Shown here piece by piece: positions 24,478-29,411 of a stretch of DNA of 29,411 nt. Origin of the DNA: an uncultured Victivallales bacterium (lineage in GTDB: Bacteria; Verrucomicrobiota; Kiritimatiellia; UBA8416; CAYOBW01); assembly GCA_964555035.1 (NCBI GenBank), contig CAZKRK010000046.1, positions 1 through 29,411 of the forward strand, given 5' to 3'. The first letter of the stretch is position 1. Every line of letters starts with the position of its first letter. Made by a program: the position numbers and the translations under genes. The notes below the pieces were generated by a model. The model saw only the letters and a list, made by a program, of their open reading frames with translations, was not told the origin of the DNA and did not search any database.

Positions 24478-25860
24478 TCAATCCCCCCGCGACATCTTCA
24501 CCAGCTTCGGATCGAAACGGGCCAGGATTTCGACCAGATCCTTCTGGGCCGCCATTACTTTTTCGATATCCTTGTACCCCATCGGCACTTCGTCCAGGCC
24601 GGCGGAGATCAGAACCACATCGCGCTCCGCCAGGAACTTGCGGGCCTCGTTCCAGGTGAAGGATTTCTTCGTCATGGTGCGGCTCATGGCGCGGCCGGCG
24701 CCGTGCGAAGCGGAGTTGAGCGAATCGGGCTCGCCCCTGCCGCGCACAACGTACCCCGGCGTCGCCATCGATCCCGGAATAATGCCAATCGCGCCGGCGT
24801 CGGCCGGCGTCGCGCCCTTGCGGTGCACGATCACCTCCTCGCCGAAATGGGTCTCCTTCCACGCGAAGTTGTGGTGATTCTCGACGTCGAGCAACACCTT
24901 GGCCTTGAGAAAGCGCGCAATGCCGCGGTGGATCAACTCATGGTTGGCCGCCGCATAGCGCCCCATCAACTCCATCGCCGCCCAATACTCTCCGCCGGCT
25001 TCGCTCTCCAGATCAAACCACGCCAGGTGCTGCAGCTCCCGCGGCAGCTCGGGATGTTGCTTCATGGCCAGCTTGCTGTAGTGCTGCGCTACGCTGCCGC
25101 CCGTGCCGCGGCTGCCGCTGTGGCTCAACAGGGCAAAATAGACGCCCGGCTCAAGCCCCAGCTCGGCCCGTTCGAGCGTCAACGTCCCGAACTCCACAAA
25201 ATGGTTCCCGCTTCCACTTGAACCAAGCTGCTTCCACGCCTTGTCCCTGTTCCGCCCCGTCACCGGACTCACCGACCAATCCTCGTCCATCACCGCGTGC
25301 TCGCGACGATGCTCGAAACCGGAACCGACGCCGAAACGGGTTTCCGCGTCGATCGCCTTGCGCAACTGGCCTTCCGCGCCGCGGAGCATGGAAACGGGCA
25401 TGTCCAGCACCGTCATCTTCATGCGGCAGGCGATATCCATGCCGACCGCGTAGGGAATCACCGCGCCGCGCGTGGCCAGCACGCCGCCGATCGGCAGACC
25501 GTAGCCAGTGTGTGCGTCCGGCATCAGCGCCCCAACCGCCGAGACCGGCAAACGACACGCGTTCTCCATCTGCTGCACGGAAGTCCGGTCGAAGTCCGAT
25601 CCCCACGCCCGGTAGGACGCTGGTTTAGAGCGTGGCACGAAGCGTGCCCGCGCCGTGGAGGTCTTGATCATCGAGCGCGCCAACGCGCCGACCAGGTCGT
25701 GTTCCGCATGGTCTTTCGGCGCCTCGGCCACGGCCGCGATCAACGCCCGCACGTCGCGCTTCTTCATCCCGAGCCCCGCCGCCTTGCGCGCCGCTTCGAT
25801 CGCCAGATGAATGGGCTCCCCTCCCGGGATCCCCAGGTTGTACAGTTCACGCTTCTTCAT
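24478..25860 (-). CDS. rtcB: RNA ligase RtcB (3'-phosphate/5'-hydroxyl RNA-splicing ligase)
   Basis: Conserved blocks are LMPDAHTGYGLPIGGV, DIACRM, SGSGNHFVEFG, HSGSRGTG, NHHNFAW, HRKGATPA and SASHGAGR. The ATG at 25860 (MKKRELY) overlaps the rtcA stop in ATGA. The ORF is open from 25878. Confidence 0.92.
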   Translation of the reverse strand: MKKRELYNLGIPGGEPIHLAIEAARKAAGLGMKKRDVRALIAAVAEAPKDHAEHDLVGALARSMIKTSTARARFVPRSKPASYRAWGSDFDRTSVQQMENACRLPVSAVGALMPDAHTGYGLPIGGVLATRGAVIPYAVGMDIACRMKMTVLDMPVSMLRGAEGQLRKAIDAETRFGVGSGFEHRREHAVMDEDWSVSPVTGRNRDKAWKQLGSSGSGNHFVEFGTLTLERAELGLEPGVYFALLSHSGSRGTGGSVAQHYSKLAMKQHPELPRELQHLAWFDLESEAGGEYWAAMELMGRYAAANHELIHRGIARFLKAKVLLDVENHHNFAWKETHFGEEVIVHRKGATPADAGAIGIIPGSMATPGYVVRGRGEPDSLNSASHGAGRAMSRTMTKKSFTWNEARKFLAERDVVLISAGLDEVPMGYKDIEKVMAAQKDLVEILARFDPKLVKMSRGD

Positions 25861-26897
25861 GATACCCTCACATGCCATTTGAGCCGGTCAGGCTTGGTGA
25901 CCGTCACACCTACATCCAGAAACTGCTTCAACACTTCGACATTCGTGGCCGAATGCCTCGTCAGGGGCAGCGTCGTGAACTCGCCCTCTCCGGCCACCGC
26001 CATGGGCACCAGGAGCTGGTCCGCAAGGTAACGCCCAACTGGTACGTCTGACGTCAGGTACTCGCGTACCGGCTTCACAACCGAACGCGCGACCCGCTCG
26101 GACGGGACTCCCCTTTCGCCAAAACCGGTGAAGACTCCGCTAACGTGTTCGCTTTCGAGGATGACCATGACGACGTTGCCCGGTCCGCGCGGCGCCGTGA
26201 CCTGCTCAATGCGCGTGGCACCGTCCACGATCGGCAGCAGCCTCCCCAGGGTCGCAAGCTCCTTCTCCGCGATAGACCGTGGGAGCTGCGAGACTATCGC
26301 CACGGCCTCGTGCCGTACAAGCTCGCCGCGTTCGAGAAGCTCGATGGGCGCAAGCCCGCCGGCCGGAGCAATATCCACCGTGAAACACCCGCCGCCCGCC
26401 GGGTAAAAGCCGGGACGGTCGAGAGTGGCTGTCACCGTCGGCCCCATCCGGTTGACGATGGGCAGAAACGAGCGCGTCAGGAAGTCAAAAGGCGGCGCGT
26501 ACGGATTGTGAGTGCCGCCCTCCAGCGTCAGGCGCGACGGGCCGTCGGCCAACAGCAATGCCGGCAGCACCGTCTGCAGAACCAGCGTGGCGCTGCCCGC
26601 CGTGCCGACGGCAAAACGGTATTCGCCTGCCTTCGCGCGCTTCGGCCTGAACGTCAGTCCGCGCGACTTCATCTCGTTGCCGTCTACGGACGCGGAACTC
26701 ACCGCGGCCGCGGCATTCACGGCCGTGAGATGCTGCCGCAGCAACCCCGGCTTGCGCCGTCCCGCACGGATATTCGTGATCCGAAACGGCTGCCCCGTAA
26801 CGAGGGAAAGTGCCAGGGAAGTCCGCAGCACCTGTCCTCCGCCCTCACCAAATGAACCATCAATCGTAATCATTGTGATTCTCTCTCCCATGCTCAT
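25857..26897 (-). CDS. rtcA: RNA 3'-terminal phosphate cyclase RtcA
   Basis: ITIDGSFGEGGGQVLRTSLALSLVTGQPFRITNIRAGRRKPGLLRQHLTAV matches the RtcA N-terminal signature, including the catalytic-His region. The candidate starts are 26897, 26891 and 26873. The upstream ORF extension to 27158 is Arg/Gly-rich and not RtcA-like. Confidence 0.88.
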   Translation of the reverse strand: MSMGERITMITIDGSFGEGGGQVLRTSLALSLVTGQPFRITNIRAGRRKPGLLRQHLTAVNAAAAVSSASVDGNEMKSRGLTFRPKRAKAGEYRFAVGTAGSATLVLQTVLPALLLADGPSRLTLEGGTHNPYAPPFDFLTRSFLPIVNRMGPTVTATLDRPGFYPAGGGCFTVDIAPAGGLAPIELLERGELVRHEAVAIVSQLPRSIAEKELATLGRLLPIVDGATRIEQVTAPRGPGNVVMVILESEHVSGVFTGFGERGVPSERVARSVVKPVREYLTSDVPVGRYLADQLLVPMAVAGEGEFTTLPLTRHSATNVEVLKQFLDVGVTVTKPDRLKWHVRVS

Positions 26898-27204
26898 GCA
26901 CGGATCCGCCTTCGCCGAGCTACGGCGGGACACGACGGGTTTCCGCGCTACCGTCCGTCGCCCACGACCTCCCTCCCCCGTCGACAAGCCGAAACAGGTT
27001 CGGGACAAGACCCGCAAGCCCCGCGCTTCGTAGAGCGTCCGCAGGTGCGTCTTGGAAAGACGCACCGGAGGGCGCAGGCCGGGCAAACCCCACCTCTCGT
27101 CTCCGGCCCGCGCGACGCGCGGGCCTCCGGCGAGTCTACGAAGACACGCCCCCGCCACCGGGGGCCGGGGTACGCCCCTGCGTACCTCCGGCTCCCCGGG
27201 CCGA

Positions 27205-28311
27205 TTAGAGCAGGTTTACCACCCGCTCGGCCAGTCCCTTTTCACCCAACACAACGTTGAGCTTCGAGTTCTCGGCCACCTTTTCCAGAACCTCCAGTTC
27301 CTTCAGCCTCATGAGGGCGGGATTCCCGTCCATCAGTTTGGCCGTATTCACCTGGCTGCGCATCGCAGCCGTCTCTTCACGACGCGCAATCACGTTGGCC
27401 TCGGACGCTTTGCGCGCCTCGATGACCTTGTTGAGCAGCGCCTTCATGTCGCCGGGCAGGATGATGTCCTTGACGCCCAGGGCGACAACGTTCACGCCGA
27501 AGGCTGCGGCCCTCTTCCGCATTGCGGATCCGAGCTCGTCGGTCACGGCGGACTTGTCCGCCAGCAACAGGTCAAGCTCGCGCGTGCCGATGATGCCCCT
27601 GAGGGCAAGCTGCGCCTCACGGTAGAGCGCCTGGTCGACGTCAGCGACAGCCTCGACCGACTTGCGCGCGTCCGTCACGCGGTAGGTCACCACCGCGTTC
27701 AGTCGCAACGAGACCTTGTCGGCCGTCATGATCTCCTGGCCCGACACATCCAGCACCTTCTCGCGCATGTCTACGTGATAGAGCTTGACCTTGCCGACAC
27801 GCTTCCACGACGCGTACTGGCCGGGCGCGAGAGTCTTGACGTATTTCCCGTCACGGAAGTACACGCCCAGGTGACCCTCTTCGACCGTGAACGCGTTCAA
27901 CACGTCCGTAGTCACTGCCGACTTCAGGATCACGTTCAGGTCGGGGTGGTCGATCAGCACGTCACGCGCGTCGACGATGTCCGCCTTCACCTCCTTGAAC
28001 TGCGTCCAGAGCACGTAGCGACCCGAATCGAGGACGCCGTTGAACCTGCCGTCAATCCATACGAGCGCGCGCTCGTAGTCCTTCAGGTCCAACACCAGGG
28101 CGTCGTCGCCCAGGGCAGCGGACTTGACGATCACGTCGAGGTCCGCGTGTGCCAACCAGGGATCACGCTGCGACACGACGTCGACGCGCACCTTGTTGAA
28201 GGGGTCGAAGAACCAGTGACGCCCCGCGTCGAGGATCCCCTTGAACTCCCGATCCTTGAAGACCAGTCCCTTCTCGTACGTTCTAATTTTCACTTTTCCG
28301 ATGACAACCAT
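27205..28311 (-). CDS. SPFH/band-7 (slipin/stomatin-like) protein with a triplicated N-terminal segment
   Basis: The C-terminal two thirds reads VSGQEIMTADKVSLRLNAVVTYRV...QLALRGIIGTRELDLLLADK...FGVNVVALGVKDIILPGDM...EANVIARREE, a typical SPFH core with a coiled coil. A purine-rich SD-like tract (aaggaaggaggggg) lies just upstream of the ATG. Confidence 0.85.
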   Translation of the reverse strand: MVVIGKVKIRTYEKGLVFKDREFKGILDAGRHWFFDPFNKVRVDVVSQRDPWLAHADLDVIVKSAALGDDALVLDLKDYERALVWIDGRFNGVLDSGRYVLWTQFKEVKADIVDARDVLIDHPDLNVILKSAVTTDVLNAFTVEEGHLGVYFRDGKYVKTLAPGQYASWKRVGKVKLYHVDMREKVLDVSGQEIMTADKVSLRLNAVVTYRVTDARKSVEAVADVDQALYREAQLALRGIIGTRELDLLLADKSAVTDELGSAMRKRAAAFGVNVVALGVKDIILPGDMKALLNKVIEARKASEANVIARREETAAMRSQVNTAKLMDGNPALMRLKELEVLEKVAENSKLNVVLGEKGLAERVVNLL

Positions 28312-28336
28312 CTTCCCCCTCCTTCCTTTCTCCTAT

Positions 28337-28463
28337 TCGTTTCCCTAACGTGGGCACGGCCAACAACCCAAGTGTGGCACAGGCAGAAAAATGGGTTGGC
28401 AGAAAGATGGGGATATTGAGGGTGTCGTTCCTCTGCCAGCCCATTTTTCTGCCTTTCATTTCT
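28337..28463. repeat. Copy B of the ~125-bp dispersed element (see 17335-17462)
   Basis: It contains a 22-bp hairpin with one mismatch, GGCAGAAAAATGGGTTGGCAGA (28382-28403) paired with TCTGCCAGCCCATTTTTCTGCC (28432-28453). The head caacaacccaagtgtggcacagg is shared with copy A. Confidence 0.75.
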
Positions 28464-28885
28464 ATCCCGGCAACGCGCTCTCTCGTTCCTACTCTCGTTC
28501 CCCCAGTTCTCAAGAAGACCCTCCAGAGATGAACTCCATGACAATCACACTCAGGCCGCGGAGCGTCGCTTGAGCGCCGCTTGTTCCACCGTCACCGGCG
28601 GGCGGGGGATTGTCCGCCGCGGTTCCGAGGAACCGGGGACAGACCTCCATTCCGCCCGCCGGGCGGTCAAACTTCGCGGCGCGGTATCTGCGCGCTGCAA
28701 GGCGTCCGTCTTGTGCTGCCGGCGAAAGCGTCGCCCGAGCTCCCTGGCGCGTCTCGCGGGGGGACAGCCCCCCGCGCCGTGCTCGCTTGCTCGGTCAACC
28801 TCGATCGCCGGCCGATCCATCATGCGTCCATCTCCTTCGGGCATCGTTGAGGCCCTTGCAGGGCCAACCGGGTTTTCAGCCCAGG

Positions 28886-28959
28886 TGTTCGGTACGGGAA
28901 TCGAACCCGCAACACATGCATCCCAAGTGCATTGCTCTACCCAATTGAGCTAACCGATC
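28886..28959 (-). tRNA. tRNA-Pro (anticodon UGG), CCA not encoded
   Basis: A manual cloverleaf on the minus strand gives acceptor GATCGGT/ACCGAAC, D arm GCTC-AATTGGGTA-GAGC, anticodon arm ATGCA-CTTGGGA-TGCAT (U33, UGG, G37), variable loop GTGTT, T arm GCGGG-TTCGATT-CCCGT and discriminator A. It is 74 nt long. Confidence 0.8.
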
Positions 28960-29205
28960 CAACCTGCCTTCACGATCGTCGCCAGAACCCCTGCCGGTAC
29001 ACACGGGCCGGAACCTGCAGCACCAACAGCCGTACCGGGCCGGGTGCCGCGGTGGCCAACCCTGCGCCGCGGGCCGGATCGTGCCGGCGGTCGGGGTGTA
29101 CCGCAGCGGGTGTGCCAGGTTGAAAGCAAAAGTGATGACGCATACATAAGCTCTTCATGATTACGGATTAACGGTGATGGATCTTTGCGCCGCGTCGAAT
29201 CGGCA

Positions 29206-29234
29206 TTGACTTGGGGTACGAATGGACGTATACA
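29206..29234 (+). promoter_or_regulatory. Sigma70-like promoter candidate (TTGACT-17 nt-TATACA)
   Basis: The hexamers and the 17-nt spacing were read directly. This is a sequence match only, and the downstream 170+ nt has no usable ORF. Confidence 0.3.
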
Positions 29235-29411
29235 GACGGCGAGTAATTTCGCTGTGGGGCTATAGATGTTGGGCTAGTTAGGCGGAGGGAGTATCACTTG
29301 CCATCCCGAGGGCAGGGGTGGGAGCGCGCGATTCACGGGGCTGTATCAAAAGGTCGTGGGCCGCTTGCGAGTGTCGGCGCGTAGCGTGCTCCAACCGGTC
29401 CACGCCACTCC

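Noticed and set aside
25857-27158. The full 433-aa ORF as the rtcA coding region.
   Set aside because: The first ~87 codons (MAGACLRRLAGGPRVARAGDERWG...) are low-complexity and lie upstream of the conserved RtcA N-terminus (MITIDGSFGEGGGQ). Internal Met codons at 26897, 26891 and 26873 give a normal-length protein.
26898-27204. A sigma54 (TGGCAC-N5-TTGC) promoter upstream of rtcA, as in the E. coli rtc operon.
   Set aside because: Reading the minus strand of this interval, I found no convincing GG-N10-GC element with the right flanks. Only GC-rich palindromes are present.
1856-28463. The possibility that the many hairpin repeats form a CRISPR array.
   Set aside because: The repeats belong to different sequence families and occur as inverted pairs or singletons rather than regularly spaced direct repeats. 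No cas genes are present.
28551-28953. ORFs of 89-127 aa between the SPFH gene and the tRNA, for example 28551-28844(-) and 28570-28953(+).
   Set aside because: They are mutually overlapping on both strands, Arg/Pro-rich and motif-free. One of them runs into the tRNA gene. I cannot support any as coding.
28312-28959. The tRNA-Pro as the attachment site of a genomic island covering the accessory genes to its left.
   Set aside because: There is no integrase or recombinase anywhere in the window, and I could not spot a direct repeat of the tRNA 3' end. It is kept only as a low-interest note.
29240-29411. tmRNA or RNase P RNA at the right edge, suggested by GGGGCTATAG... and GGCGGAGGGAG.
   Set aside because: It lacks the tmRNA GGNTTCGAC tRNA-like 5' features and the RNase P GGAAAGTCCGG box where these would be expected. 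The resemblance is superficial.

Overview
High-GC window whose gene content (Tat-signal sulfatases, a Tat-signal Gfo/Idh/MocA oxidoreductase, many palindromic intergenic repeats) suggests a PVC-superphylum genome (Planctomycetota/Verrucomicrobiota/Kiritimatiellota-like); that assignment is inference only. Left to right: one intact sulfatase and two decayed sulfatase genes; a macB-tolC-like efflux pair with no macA in the window; an oxidoreductase. Then comes the most unusual block, about 7.7-16.9 kb. It holds a roughly 1,740-1,780 aa single polypeptide fusing a DEDD exonuclease, a RecQ-type helicase core and a UvrD-type helicase. This gene is convergent with a 923 aa SWIM-zinc-finger SNF2 helicase, which lies downstream of a tandem ArsR-type wHTH regulator bracketed by two copies of one palindrome. 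I do not recognise this helicase block as a named system, so it is my best candidate for something new (nucleic-acid surveillance or defence-like), but that is a hypothesis, not a demonstrated function. After a ~960 bp coding-free, repeat-dense spacer come a 970+ aa lipoprotein with predicted beta-sandwich modules and an O-antigen-ligase-like membrane protein with a C-terminal CBM-like domain. These are followed by an orphan AAA ATPase/PD-(D/E)xK-like gene behind an AT-rich operator-like region, an SPFH-rtcA-rtcB cluster, a tRNA-Pro(UGG) and an ORF-free right end. At least six families of structured repeats populate the intergenic DNA. No CRISPR array, integrase, transposase, methyltransferase or rRNA was seen.
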